Shown: positions 30,252-39,801 of the stretch, in pieces
How positions within the stretch are numbered: position 1 is the stretch's first letter
Layout of the letters: the number at the start of each line of letters is the position of its first letter
Source: Daejeonella sp.
GTDB lineage: Bacteria > Bacteroidota > Bacteroidia > Sphingobacteriales > Sphingobacteriaceae
Direction of reading: 5' to 3'
DNA length: 64,000 nucleotides
NCBI RefSeq assembly: GCF_046590655.1
Contig: NZ_JBKJUM010000042.1
Coordinates: forward strand, 17,395-81,394
Translations under genes and position numbers: made by a program
The notes under the pieces: model-generated
Database searches by the model: none
What the model was told of the DNA's origin: nothing
What the model saw: only the letters and a program-made list of their open reading frames with translations

Positions 30252-32054
30252 ATGAGATCTATAACATTTTTAATTTTTATGGCAGTTATCACGACTTCTT
30301 TAAGCGCGCAGGAGAAAATTACCTTCAAGGTGTCCTTCACCGAGCCTCAGGCCCACTATGCTGATGTCGAAATGGAAATATCGGGGCTGAAAGTTGATCA
30401 AATCAATTTGAAAATGCCAGTTTGGACACCCGGTTCGTACCTCATTCGTGAGTTTGCAAAAAATGTGGAGAGCTTTAAAGCATCTGGTTCTACTGGTAAT
30501 ATGCTGAACGTTAGTAAAGTTAATAAGAACACCTGGCAGGTCAACACGGCTAAGAACGGTTCTATCAAAGTAAATTACAGGGTTTACTCCTTTGAGATTT
30601 CCGTCCGCACAAGTTTTGTTGACGAATCGCATGCCTTCTTATCCCCGACAGGTTTGTTTTTATACCCTGAGGGAAAGCTTAAGTTACCATCAACTGTAAC
30701 CATCATTCCATATAAAGGATGGACGGTAATCTCAACCGGACTCGAGAAGGTTCTATCTAAAGTAAACACTTACTCTGCCGCTGATTTTGATATTCTATAC
30801 GATTCTCCGATAGAAGTGGGTAATCAGGATGTTTTTGAATTTAACGCCGCAGGAGTAGTTCATGAAGTAGCGATGTACGGCGGTGGTAACTATGATAAAG
30901 AAATTTTGAAGCGTGATATGGCAAAAATCGTTCATGAACAAACGAAGGTATATGGAGTAAACCCCAATAAGAGATATGTATTCATAGTGCATAATTTCAA
31001 TTCAGGAGGGGGTGGTCTGGAACATCTGAATTCAACAGTCTTGGGGGCCTCTAGAAACGCATATAGTACGGAGGCAGGCTTATTAAGGTTTTTAGCCCTT
31101 GTATCTCATGAGTATTTTCATTTGTGGAATGTGAAGCGGCTTCGTCCGATAGCGTTGGGTCCTTTTAATTACGACGCGGAGAATTATACAAGCAATCTAT
31201 GGATCGCTGAAGGTTTCACAGCCTATTACCAGGATATCTTTACCAAGCGAGCCGGTTTACTCACTCCCGAAAAATATCTTTCAGGTTTGGCCTCAGCTAT
31301 AAGTGCGCTGGAGAATGAGCCTGGTAACAAGGTTCAGACGGCCAGCGAGTCAAGTTTTGATGCCTGGATCAAGCAATATCGTCCAAACGAGAATTCCCGA
31401 AACTCTACGGTTTCTTATTATAGTAAAGGATCAGTAATAGCTTTAATAATGGACCTTGAAATCATTCATTCTACAAAGGGGAAGGCAGGGCTGGATGAAG
31501 TTATGAAAGCCATGTACGATGAATATTATGTAAAGCAAAAGCGTGGTTACACGGACAAGGAATTTAAAGCGATGGCTGAAAAAATAGCTGGCCATTCTTT
31601 TAATGAAATTTATGATAACTATATAAACGGTCTGACAACCATTGATTACAATAAGTATTTGAATTATGCTGGCTTTGCTATTAGAAATGATGCAGAACAG
31701 GTTGTTGAGCCTTTTCTGGGTATTGCCTCATCTTTAAGGGAGGGAAAAATGATTATCAGCCAGGTTACTCGCGGAAGCGGTGCGTGGAATGATGGCTTAA
31801 ATGTAAATGATGAAATCGTGTCAATTGATAGTTATGTTATCAAAAAGACATCAGGCGGATCACTTGAAATTCTCAAGTATATCGCTGGACAGCGTGTGGG
31901 CGATAAGGTTAAAGTATCAGTAATCAGGGATGGCCTGGACAAAGTAATAGAAGTCACTTTAGGAAAAAATCCCTCTGCAAGTTACAATATTTCTACAGTT
32001 GATGCGCCTTCTGCAGCGCAGCTGAGCGTCAGGAAGCGATGGTTAAAGTTATAA
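30252..32054 (+). CDS. M61-family aminopeptidase with PDZ domain
   Basis: PVWTPGSY, GGGLEHLNS, HEYFHLWNVKR, AEGFT, SYYSKG and C-terminal PDZ. Confidence 0.93.
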   Translation: MRSITFLIFMAVITTSLSAQEKITFKVSFTEPQAHYADVEMEISGLKVDQINLKMPVWTPGSYLIREFAKNVESFKASGSTGNMLNVSKVNKNTWQVNTAKNGSIKVNYRVYSFEISVRTSFVDESHAFLSPTGLFLYPEGKLKLPSTVTIIPYKGWTVISTGLEKVLSKVNTYSAADFDILYDSPIEVGNQDVFEFNAAGVVHEVAMYGGGNYDKEILKRDMAKIVHEQTKVYGVNPNKRYVFIVHNFNSGGGGLEHLNSTVLGASRNAYSTEAGLLRFLALVSHEYFHLWNVKRLRPIALGPFNYDAENYTSNLWIAEGFTAYYQDIFTKRAGLLTPEKYLSGLASAISALENEPGNKVQTASESSFDAWIKQYRPNENSRNSTVSYYSKGSVIALIMDLEIIHSTKGKAGLDEVMKAMYDEYYVKQKRGYTDKEFKAMAEKIAGHSFNEIYDNYINGLTTIDYNKYLNYAGFAIRNDAEQVVEPFLGIASSLREGKMIISQVTRGSGAWNDGLNVNDEIVSIDSYVIKKTSGGSLEILKYIAGQRVGDKVKVSVIRDGLDKVIEVTLGKNPSASYNISTVDAPSAAQLSVRKRWLKL

Positions 32055-32060
32055 TAAATC

Positions 32061-32096
32061 GAAACAGCAGCTATTTGAAGCCGCTGTTTCAATTTT
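32061..32096. terminator. Bidirectional terminator between convergent genes
   Basis: GAAACAGC-AGC...GCC-GCTGTTTC inverted repeat. Confidence 0.65.
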
Positions 32097-32098
32097 AG

Positions 32099-32572
32099 TT
32101 AAAATGTCAATCTTATTGCCAGACCAACGTCCCCTGTACCAAAATTGGTATTAGGAGTCAATTCAAGTCTTGGTCTCCAGTCCAATGCCAGATTCAATGG
32201 AATACCATCAATTTTGTAGTCAAGACCAAGAACCCCGTCAGCACTAAGAAAAACATCGCTTTCAAAATTCTTTACTTTATAAGATCCGATACTCCCACCA
32301 CCACCGTAATACCACAATAGACCCGGTGCACCATTTATTGGATTATGAACTTCATATAAGCCTGTGAGGATGAAGCGCTTGAAATCGTCATTACTTCTAA
32401 CAGACAAGTTAAGGTCCAGCGCTTTGTTTGTGTTCAAAAAGGTTTTAAAATTCACACCATTATAGGAGCCTATTCTGACCCCAATAGCATTTTCGTACGA
32501 TTGTGCATTAGCACTTGACTGTGTTATTAATAAAAGCCCGGCAGTCAGGCAAAGGAGTAATAGCTTTTTCAT
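32099..32572 (-). CDS. Small outer-membrane beta-barrel-like hypothetical protein
   Basis: MKKLLL signal peptide, alternating beta strands, terminal Phe (IRLTF). Confidence 0.8.
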   Translation of the reverse strand: MKKLLLLCLTAGLLLITQSSANAQSYENAIGVRIGSYNGVNFKTFLNTNKALDLNLSVRSNDDFKRFILTGLYEVHNPINGAPGLLWYYGGGGSIGSYKVKNFESDVFLSADGVLGLDYKIDGIPLNLALDWRPRLELTPNTNFGTGDVGLAIRLTF

Positions 32573-32598
32573 CTGTATATATTGTTTGCACCAACTTT

Positions 32599-32613
32599 TC
32601 AAATACAATGCCA
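32599..32613 (-). promoter_or_regulatory. Possible sigma-54 promoter (TGGCATTGTATTTGA)
   Basis: TGGCA-N6-TTG, 26 nt upstream of ATG 32572. Confidence 0.45.
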
Positions 32614-32795
32614 GTTGCTCAATTCCCGGCTTATTATTTTTACCTTAAAAAGTATAACGAAGATGAATCGATTAACGTATGTAGACTTATTTTTAAATAA
32701 TTCTGAATCTTGCTGATGGGTTATTAATTTCTGTATCTGGCATTTTTCTTTAATTAAATTGCTAAATTCCGTTTATTAAGTTCTTAAAATAAGTT

Positions 32796-34568
32796 ATGGC
32801 TGAAATAACCAGGGTTTTCGATCTCTTGAAACTTTCTTTGGAAAAGTTTAATAAGGAGGATATTGTTGCATCTAAGAGAAATGGCGAGTGGGTCAAATAC
32901 ACAACGCAAGAGTTCGTTGATGAAGTAAATTCGGTGAGTCGCGGACTGATCAGCAAAGGAATCAAGAAAGGTGACAAAGTTGCCATCATGTCACCAAACC
33001 GCCCGGAATGGAATATTTGCGATTTTGGAATCATGCAGATGGGAGCAACACAGGTTCCGATGTATCCAACTTTGGCAGAAAGCGACATAAAATTCATCGT
33101 AAAAGACGCTGACATAAAACTGGTGTTTGTATCTGACAAAGTCCTATTCGATAAATTGAATACCGTGAGATCCAGAGATAAGGCCGATTTTGAAATTTTC
33201 AGTTTTGACATAATCGACGGCATGCCTAATTGGAAAGATATTGTCAGCATGGGTGAGCAGAATAAAAGCATTGACCTTGAAGACTACCGCAAGGAAATAA
33301 AGCCTGATGATTTACTGACTCTTATATATACATCTGGGACTACAGGAACGCCTAAGGGAGTTATGCTTACCCACAATAACCTGGTAACCAATGTTATAGA
33401 ATCTTCAAAATTATATCCTAAAGAATTTTCCAAGGCAATTAGTTTTTTGCCCCTTTCACACGTTTTTGAAAGGATGGTACTCTATATGTATTTCTACCTG
33501 GGTGTTTCGGTCTATTATGCACAGAGTATGGATACGATTGCGGCCGATATAGCAGATATTAAGCCTCATGGGTTCACTACTGTTCCAAGACTCCTGGAGA
33601 AAGTTTACGACCGCATTGTGGAAAAAGGATCGCAATTGTCCGGAATTAAACGCAAATTATTTTTTTGGGCACTGAATCTGGGACTTAAGTATGAGATGGA
33701 TGGCAAAAATGGGCCCTGGTACGAATTGCAGTTAAAGATTGCTAATAAACTTGTATTTAACAAGTGGCGAGAGGCCCTGGGGGGCAATATTATGGCTATT
33801 GTTTCAGGAGGCGCCGCATTACAACCAAGGCTCGCCCGGGTTTTTTGGGCTGCAGGAATGCCAGTCCTGGAAGGCTACGGACTAACAGAAACATCGCCAG
33901 TCATTAACGTAAACGGGCTGCGAAAAGGTGAAGCAAAATTTACCACAGTTGGCAGGACTATAAAAAATGTAGAGGTGAAAATTGCTGAAGATGGTGAGAT
34001 ACTTTGTAAAGGTCCTAACGTGATGAAGGGGTATTATAATCGCCCTGACCTTAGCGCTGAGGTGATCGATAAAGATGGTTTTTTCCACACCGGCGATATA
34101 GGTGAAATCGTTGATGGTCAATATCTTCGAATCACCGACAGAAAAAAAGAGATATTTAAGACAGCCGGTGGAAAATATATTGCACCGCAAATGCTGGAAA
34201 ATAAGTTCAAAGAGTCTATTTTTATTGAGCAGGTGATGGTTATTGGGGAAAATGAGCGTTTTCCTGCTGCCCTGGTTTTGCCATCTTTTGCCACTCTGGA
34301 GAAATGGTGTGAAAAAAGGGATATTCCATACACTACGAATCAGGAAATGGTGAAAGATCAAAGGGTGATCGACAAGATCTGGTCGGAGATCGAGAAATAC
34401 AACGAAGATTTTGGAAACTGGGAAAAGGTGAAAAAGATCGATCTGCTTCCTGCGGAGTGGACTATTGATGGGGGAGAGTTAACCCCAAAGTTAAGTCTGA
34501 GAAGGAAGGCTATTTTAGAAAAATATAAAACCCAAGTAGAGCAATTATATAGAAATGCAAACCAGTAA
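32796..34568 (+). CDS. Long-chain fatty acid-CoA ligase
   Basis: YTSGTTGTPKG, GYGLTE, FHTGDIG and ITDRKK motifs. Confidence 0.95.
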   Translation: MAEITRVFDLLKLSLEKFNKEDIVASKRNGEWVKYTTQEFVDEVNSVSRGLISKGIKKGDKVAIMSPNRPEWNICDFGIMQMGATQVPMYPTLAESDIKFIVKDADIKLVFVSDKVLFDKLNTVRSRDKADFEIFSFDIIDGMPNWKDIVSMGEQNKSIDLEDYRKEIKPDDLLTLIYTSGTTGTPKGVMLTHNNLVTNVIESSKLYPKEFSKAISFLPLSHVFERMVLYMYFYLGVSVYYAQSMDTIAADIADIKPHGFTTVPRLLEKVYDRIVEKGSQLSGIKRKLFFWALNLGLKYEMDGKNGPWYELQLKIANKLVFNKWREALGGNIMAIVSGGAALQPRLARVFWAAGMPVLEGYGLTETSPVINVNGLRKGEAKFTTVGRTIKNVEVKIAEDGEILCKGPNVMKGYYNRPDLSAEVIDKDGFFHTGDIGEIVDGQYLRITDRKKEIFKTAGGKYIAPQMLENKFKESIFIEQVMVIGENERFPAALVLPSFATLEKWCEKRDIPYTTNQEMVKDQRVIDKIWSEIEKYNEDFGNWEKVKKIDLLPAEWTIDGGELTPKLSLRRKAILEKYKTQVEQLYRNANQ

Positions 34569-36261
34569 AATTCAAATTAAGGGCAGTTTAAAAGGACTTT
34601 TTCTTGCAGCGATATTTCTTTCGTCATGCGTAGGCGGACAGGTAGGAAAAAATAATAGTGGGGAATTTAAAAATGGAATGGTTGTTACAGCTCATCCGTC
34701 TGCCTCAAAGGTAGGCCTTGACATCCTGAAAAAGGGAGGAAATGCTGTTGATGCCGCTGTGGCAGTCCAATTTGCACTAGCAGTCGTTTACCCTTCGGCA
34801 GGAAACATTGGCGGGGGTGGTTTCATGGTTTACCGTTCTGCTCAGGGTGATATAGCCGCACTCGATTTCCGCGAAAAAGCACCCGGAATGGCCAGCCGGG
34901 ATATGTACCTGGATCTCCAAGGTAATCCAATTACTGAAAAAAGCCTTTATGGCCATCTCGCTGCAGGCGTTCCGGGAAGTGTGGATGGAATGGTGCAAGC
35001 TCATGCTAAATATGGTGAATTGCCCTGGGCGGAAGTGGTCCAGCCATCACTTGATTTAGCAAGAAATGGATTTCCGGTTACGGAAAATCAGTCGCGTGAT
35101 TTTGTCGGTGAACAAAAAGACTTTAAGAAATATAATCCTGGTAAGTCATACTATATTAAGGATTCCTGGACAACTGGCGAGCTGTGGGTACAGGAAGATC
35201 TTGCAAATACACTTGAGTTGATTCGTGATAATGGCCGTGAAGGCTTTTACAGGGGCAAGGTAGCAGACCATATCGTTGCTGAAATGCAGTCGGGTGGCGG
35301 TTTGATAAGCAAAGAAGATCTTAAAAATTATCACGCAGTTTGGCGGGAGCCGATCGTAGGAAATTATAGAGATTATAAAGTTATAACCGTACCGCCACCT
35401 TCAAGCGGAGGTATTGCACTATTACAATTGCTAAATTCAGTTGAGCCTTTCCCATTGAGACGCTGGGGATACAACTCTGATTCAACAATTCAGGTAATGG
35501 TTGAGGCGGAACGGCGGGTATATGCCGACCGGGCATCCCATCTGGGTGACCCAGATTTTTACAAAGTTCCTCAGAAATATTTGATCCTTCCCATCTATTC
35601 TAAAGTGCGCATGAGTAATTTTAACTGGAACAAGGCCACCCTGAGCACAGATATTAAAGCTGGTGAGGTGCCTATGGAAAGTGAGGAAACCACGCACTTT
35701 TCTATTGTAGATAAATCTGGAAATGCAGTCTCAATTACTACAACTATCAATGGAAGCTACGGATCAAAAGTATTCGTAAAAGGAGCCGGTTTCCTTCTTA
35801 ATAATGAGATGGACGACTTCTCCGTTAAACCCGGATCACCAAATATGTACGGTCTTCTAGGCGGTGAAGCTAATTCAGTGCAACCTAATAAGAGAATGTT
35901 AAGTGCTATGACGCCCACTATCCTGGAAAAACATGGCCAATTGTTTATGGTGGTCGGAACGCCAGGTGGCTCCACCATTATAACATCCGTTTTTCAAACT
36001 ATTCTAAATGTTGTTGACTTTGATAGAAGTATGCAGGCCGCGGTTAGTGCAAAAAGGTTCCATCACCAATGGTTTCCAGACGAGGTTGCAATGGAAAGAA
36101 AAGGCTTGGATAGCATGACAGTCGTGAGGCTCACGCAGAAAGGTTATAAATTTCGCGAGAGAGGAGCAATTGGCAGGGTCGATGCGATACTGAAAACTAA
36201 ATGGGGATACTATGAGGGCGGGGCGGATCCTAGAGGCGACGATACTAAACTGGGCTGGTAA
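34555..36261 (+). CDS. ggt: Gamma-glutamyltransferase (likely lipoprotein)
   Basis: GGNAVDAA, DFREKAP, catalytic ETTHFS, LNNEMDDF and GTPGG motifs; LSSC lipobox. Confidence 0.95.
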   Translation: MQTSKIQIKGSLKGLFLAAIFLSSCVGGQVGKNNSGEFKNGMVVTAHPSASKVGLDILKKGGNAVDAAVAVQFALAVVYPSAGNIGGGGFMVYRSAQGDIAALDFREKAPGMASRDMYLDLQGNPITEKSLYGHLAAGVPGSVDGMVQAHAKYGELPWAEVVQPSLDLARNGFPVTENQSRDFVGEQKDFKKYNPGKSYYIKDSWTTGELWVQEDLANTLELIRDNGREGFYRGKVADHIVAEMQSGGGLISKEDLKNYHAVWREPIVGNYRDYKVITVPPPSSGGIALLQLLNSVEPFPLRRWGYNSDSTIQVMVEAERRVYADRASHLGDPDFYKVPQKYLILPIYSKVRMSNFNWNKATLSTDIKAGEVPMESEETTHFSIVDKSGNAVSITTTINGSYGSKVFVKGAGFLLNNEMDDFSVKPGSPNMYGLLGGEANSVQPNKRMLSAMTPTILEKHGQLFMVVGTPGGSTIITSVFQTILNVVDFDRSMQAAVSAKRFHHQWFPDEVAMERKGLDSMTVVRLTQKGYKFRERGAIGRVDAILKTKWGYYEGGADPRGDDTKLGW

Positions 36262-36314
36262 ATCTGTATCAACCCAATCTCTCTCCCCAGATTTCAATTA
36301 ACGTTCTCGTCGTT

Positions 36315-36722
36315 CTAATTTAATTTCGCGAAGGGATATTGCTGAAAAATAACCTGTCCCATACCATCTTTCTCATAAATGGCAAAACAGTTCTTTTCGA
36401 ATAGTTTAGAAATATTATTTTCTCCTAACCCAAGTTCTGAAGGATAAGGTTTGTCGGCCGAAAAAAAATATATCTTTGTGATCCCATATTTAGTATGTGG
36501 CATATAATCTCCATATTGCTTCATTTCTTCCCAGGGCTCCCCCTCAACAGTGACAGCATAAACACGGACAACCGGGCCTGTATTTTGCTCATTTCTGATA
36601 AATGCAACCTCTTTGAAATTACCCTTCAGGTCTTTTATTCCGGGTTCTGTTAAGACGTTCCAGATCATAACACTGATAATAAAAAGCGCAGCAATGGATA
36701 TGTAGTAGTTTTTGTTTTTCAA
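36315..36722 (-). CDS. Hypothetical membrane-anchored protein
   Basis: TTG 36722 start followed by a TM helix; RNEQNTGPVVRVY and MPHTKYG motifs. Confidence 0.7.
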   Translation of the reverse strand: MKNKNYYISIAALFIISVMIWNVLTEPGIKDLKGNFKEVAFIRNEQNTGPVVRVYAVTVEGEPWEEMKQYGDYMPHTKYGITKIYFFSADKPYPSELGLGENNISKLFEKNCFAIYEKDGMGQVIFQQYPFAKLN

Positions 36723-36738
36723 GGTTCTTGGTATCAAG

Positions 36739-36758
36739 CCTGCCTGCCGACAGGCAGG
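36739..36758. repeat. REP-like GC palindrome CCTGCCTG-CCGA-CAGGCAGG
   Basis: Perfect 8-bp arms; TATCA direct repeats at 36732-36736 and 36759-36763. Confidence 0.8.
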
Positions 36759-36798
36759 TATCATGCAAAACATAACAGTGCTGATGAACAAAAATAAC

Positions 36799-36852
36799 AA
36801 TGTGCTTGCATATTAAATAGTTATTATTAAATTTGCTATGCTTGCATAGTAA
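36799..36852 (+). promoter_or_regulatory. marR-fad promoter (TTG-N19-TAAATTTG) with two T(A/G)TGC-TT-GCATA palindromic operator candidates
   Basis: TTG 36806-36808; TAAATTTG 36828-36835; palindromes at 36801-36812 and 36833-36852. Confidence 0.65.
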
Positions 36853-36859
36853 TTATTAT

Positions 36860-37291
36860 ATGAAACCAGAGGAGACTGTAGATTACTTTTTGAAGATTGT
36901 CTGGCAAACCGTTGCAAATAAATATAATCAGATAGCCGCGGAATACGGTATTACTCAGGCCCTTGGCTATATGCTTATAAATATTCACGAGGAAGGAACT
37001 ACAGTATCACAGATCGCTGTATTGTCTGGCGTTAAATCGACTAGTCTTTCCCGCATGCTAAATAATATGCAAGAACTGGGACTGATTTATCGTGAAACAG
37101 ATACGGCAGATAAGAGATCGGTAAAGATCTTTTTAACTCCTTTCGGTGTCGAAAAACGACAGATCGCTAAAGACGTTGTCAGGAAGTTTAACGAGTTTTT
37201 AAACTCCCACATTTCGGATAAAGAGCGCCTGCAGTTAATAAAAAGCCTGAATAAAATAAATCAACTAACCTTTGATTATAAACCTCAGTAG
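36860..37291 (+). CDS. MarR-family regulator heading the fatty-acid degradation operon
   Basis: wHTH (TSLSRMLNNMQELGLIYRE..DKRSVKIFLT); ATG 36860. Confidence 0.92.
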   Translation: MKPEETVDYFLKIVWQTVANKYNQIAAEYGITQALGYMLINIHEEGTTVSQIAVLSGVKSTSLSRMLNNMQELGLIYRETDTADKRSVKIFLTPFGVEKRQIAKDVVRKFNEFLNSHISDKERLQLIKSLNKINQLTFDYKPQ

Positions 37292-37320
37292 TTGAACCCG
37301 CCCTACAGCGGTTCAACTAC
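37288..37320. repeat. Intercistronic hairpin GTAGTTGAAC...GTTCAACTAC
   Basis: Perfect 10-bp outer arms that include the marR stop codon; no U-tract. Confidence 0.7.
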
Positions 37321-37333
37321 TTGAAATTTTATT

Positions 37334-39742
37334 ATGATGAAACGAACGATCAGAAAAGTAGCAGTATTAGGCTCCGGGATAATGGGATCCCGCATTGCCT
37401 GTCACTTTGCCAATATTGGTGCAGAGGTATTGCTCCTGGATATGGTACCGAAGGAACTCAGTAGCGATGAGAAGGCAAAGGGCCTGACGCTTGATGATAA
37501 AGTTTTAAGGAATAAAATAGTAAATGCTGCACTTGATAGTACCATAAAATCAAATCCCTCGCCCATATTCAGTAAGAAAGTGCTGAGCAATATTATTACA
37601 GGAAATTTCCAGGACAATATGAAGGATATTGCCGAATGCGATTGGGTTATTGAAGTAGTTGTTGAGCGCCTGGATATTAAGAAGCAAATTTATGATGAAG
37701 TTGAAAAATTCCGGACCCCGGGAACTTTGATCAGCTCAAATACATCGGGCATTCCCATTCATTTAATGACTGAGGGACGGTCGCAAGATTTCAGAGAACA
37801 CTTTTGCGGAACTCATTTTTTTAATCCGCCACGCTATCTGCGTTTGCTTGAAATCATTCCCGGCCCCGCGACAAAGCCGGAGATCATAGATTTCCTGATG
37901 ACTTACGGAGATAAGTTCCTCGGAAAGACTACAGTACTTTGTAAAGATACTCCCGCCTTTATAGCCAACAGGGTTGGTGTTTACTCCATTATGGCCTTGT
38001 TGCACCTCGTGGAAAAAATGGACCTGACGGTAGAAGAGGTTGATAAATATACTGGCCCAGCTCTTGGTCGTCCTAAATCTGCAACTTTTCGAACAACTGA
38101 CGTTGTCGGTTTAGATACAATGATTAACGTAGCCGGCGGTTTATTCGATAACCTTCCGCAAGATAAAGCTCACAATTTATTTGAATTGCCTGCTTATGTC
38201 AAGAAAATGCAGGAAAATAAATGGCTGGGTGATAAAACACAGCAAGGTTTTTATAAAAAGATAAAAGGTGCCGATGGAAAGTCGGAGATCCTTGCCCTCG
38301 ATTTGAAAACGTTTGAATACCGGCCACAGCAGAAAATAAAATCTGCAACTCTTGACGCTACCAAGGCAGTTGAAAACCTAGGCGAGCGAATGAAGGTATT
38401 TGCAAAAGGTTCAGACAAAGCAGGAGACTTTTTCCGCACTTCGTTCTTTGGCTTGTTCGAATATGTATCCGACCGTATTCCGGAGATTTCAGATGAGCTG
38501 TACCGGATAGATGATGCCATGCGTGCCGGCTTCGGTTGGGAGCTCGGACCTTTCGAAGTTTGGGACTCATTAGGTGTGAAAGAAGCGTTGGAGGGGATGG
38601 ACAAGTACGGTAACCAGGCAGCACCCTGGGTAAAAGATATGCTTCAATCCGGCAACACATCATTTTATAAAGTTGAAAACGGGGTTAAAATGTATTATGA
38701 CATCCTATCGAAGACTTATAAGGTTGTACCGGGTACCGACGATTTTATCATTCTTGATAATATCCGCGAAAGCAAAACGATTTGGAAAAATTCCGGTACA
38801 AGTATAATCGATCTTGGGGATGGCATCCTTAATCTTGAGATCCACACGAAGATGAATACGATTGGCGGGGAGGTAATTCAGGGACTTAACAAGGCTTTGG
38901 ATCTTGCGGAAAAAGAATACCGGGGGCTTGTAATTGGAAATGATGGTGCTAATTTTTCAGCGGGTGCTAATATAGGAATGATTTTCATGGCCGCCCTTGA
39001 ACAGGATTGGGATGAAATAAATATCGCTATCCGGATGTTTCAGAATGCAATGATGCGTGTGAGATATTCTTCAATACCAGTTGTAGCAGCAGCTCATAAC
39101 CTCACCTTAGGCGGCGGCTGTGAACTGTGTTTACATGCAGATCATGTTCAAACTAACGCTGAAACATATATGGGTCTTGTTGAATTTGGCGTCGGATTAA
39201 TTCCCGGCGGGGGAGGTACGAAGGAATTTGCATTACGCATTTCTGACGAGTTTAGAGAAGGTCAGATTGAGCAAATGGCTTTAAGAGATCGTTTTTTAAC
39301 TATTGGAATGGCTAAAGTTTCTACTTCAGGCGTTGAAGCCTACGAGCTTGGCTATCTTCAGAAGGATAAATACAGCATCACTATGAACCGCGGTCGTCTG
39401 ATTGCCGATGCCAAGGAAAAAGCAATCGAACTTGCCGAGGCTGGTTACACCAAACCCATTCAGCGGAAAGATATCAGGGTACTAGGTAAACAGGGAATGG
39501 GAATCGTATATGCCGGAGCTAACTCGATGTTCGCCGGTAACTTCATCTCTGAACACGACAAAAAGATATCTGAGAAGTTAGGCTATGTTCTTTGTGGCGG
39601 AGATTTATCATCACCCACGCTAGTAACTGAGCAATATCTCCTGGATCTGGAACGTGAAGTTTTTCTTTCGCTCTGTGGTGAAAAGAAAACGTTGGAGCGT
39701 ATTCAATCCATACTGACTAAAGGAAAACCTTTACGGAATTAA
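37334..39742 (+). CDS. 3-hydroxyacyl-CoA dehydrogenase / enoyl-CoA hydratase (FadN-type)
   Basis: GSGIMG, SNTSG, HFFNPPRY and C-terminal crotonase (GGGCE..E.GVGLIPGGGG). Confidence 0.95.
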   Translation: MMKRTIRKVAVLGSGIMGSRIACHFANIGAEVLLLDMVPKELSSDEKAKGLTLDDKVLRNKIVNAALDSTIKSNPSPIFSKKVLSNIITGNFQDNMKDIAECDWVIEVVVERLDIKKQIYDEVEKFRTPGTLISSNTSGIPIHLMTEGRSQDFREHFCGTHFFNPPRYLRLLEIIPGPATKPEIIDFLMTYGDKFLGKTTVLCKDTPAFIANRVGVYSIMALLHLVEKMDLTVEEVDKYTGPALGRPKSATFRTTDVVGLDTMINVAGGLFDNLPQDKAHNLFELPAYVKKMQENKWLGDKTQQGFYKKIKGADGKSEILALDLKTFEYRPQQKIKSATLDATKAVENLGERMKVFAKGSDKAGDFFRTSFFGLFEYVSDRIPEISDELYRIDDAMRAGFGWELGPFEVWDSLGVKEALEGMDKYGNQAAPWVKDMLQSGNTSFYKVENGVKMYYDILSKTYKVVPGTDDFIILDNIRESKTIWKNSGTSIIDLGDGILNLEIHTKMNTIGGEVIQGLNKALDLAEKEYRGLVIGNDGANFSAGANIGMIFMAALEQDWDEINIAIRMFQNAMMRVRYSSIPVVAAAHNLTLGGGCELCLHADHVQTNAETYMGLVEFGVGLIPGGGGTKEFALRISDEFREGQIEQMALRDRFLTIGMAKVSTSGVEAYELGYLQKDKYSITMNRGRLIADAKEKAIELAEAGYTKPIQRKDIRVLGKQGMGIVYAGANSMFAGNFISEHDKKISEKLGYVLCGGDLSSPTLVTEQYLLDLEREVFLSLCGEKKTLERIQSILTKGKPLRN

Positions 39743-39760
39743 TAAGCTACGAATAGAATA

Positions 39761-39800
39761 GAGATACGAATGCTCATATCTCATATCTCATATCTCACAA
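39761..39800. repeat. Heptamer array (CTCATAT)x3 with partial inverse arm
   Basis: CTCATAT CTCATAT CTCATAT CTCACAA at 39773-39800 directly before fadA ATG; GAGATACGA at 39761-39769. Confidence 0.8.
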
Positions 39801-39801
39801 A

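Noticed and set aside
36723-36859. Longer starts for the hypothetical gene (36800) and marR (36833)
   Set aside because: The extensions run through the palindrome, promoter and operator; the downstream starts fit better.
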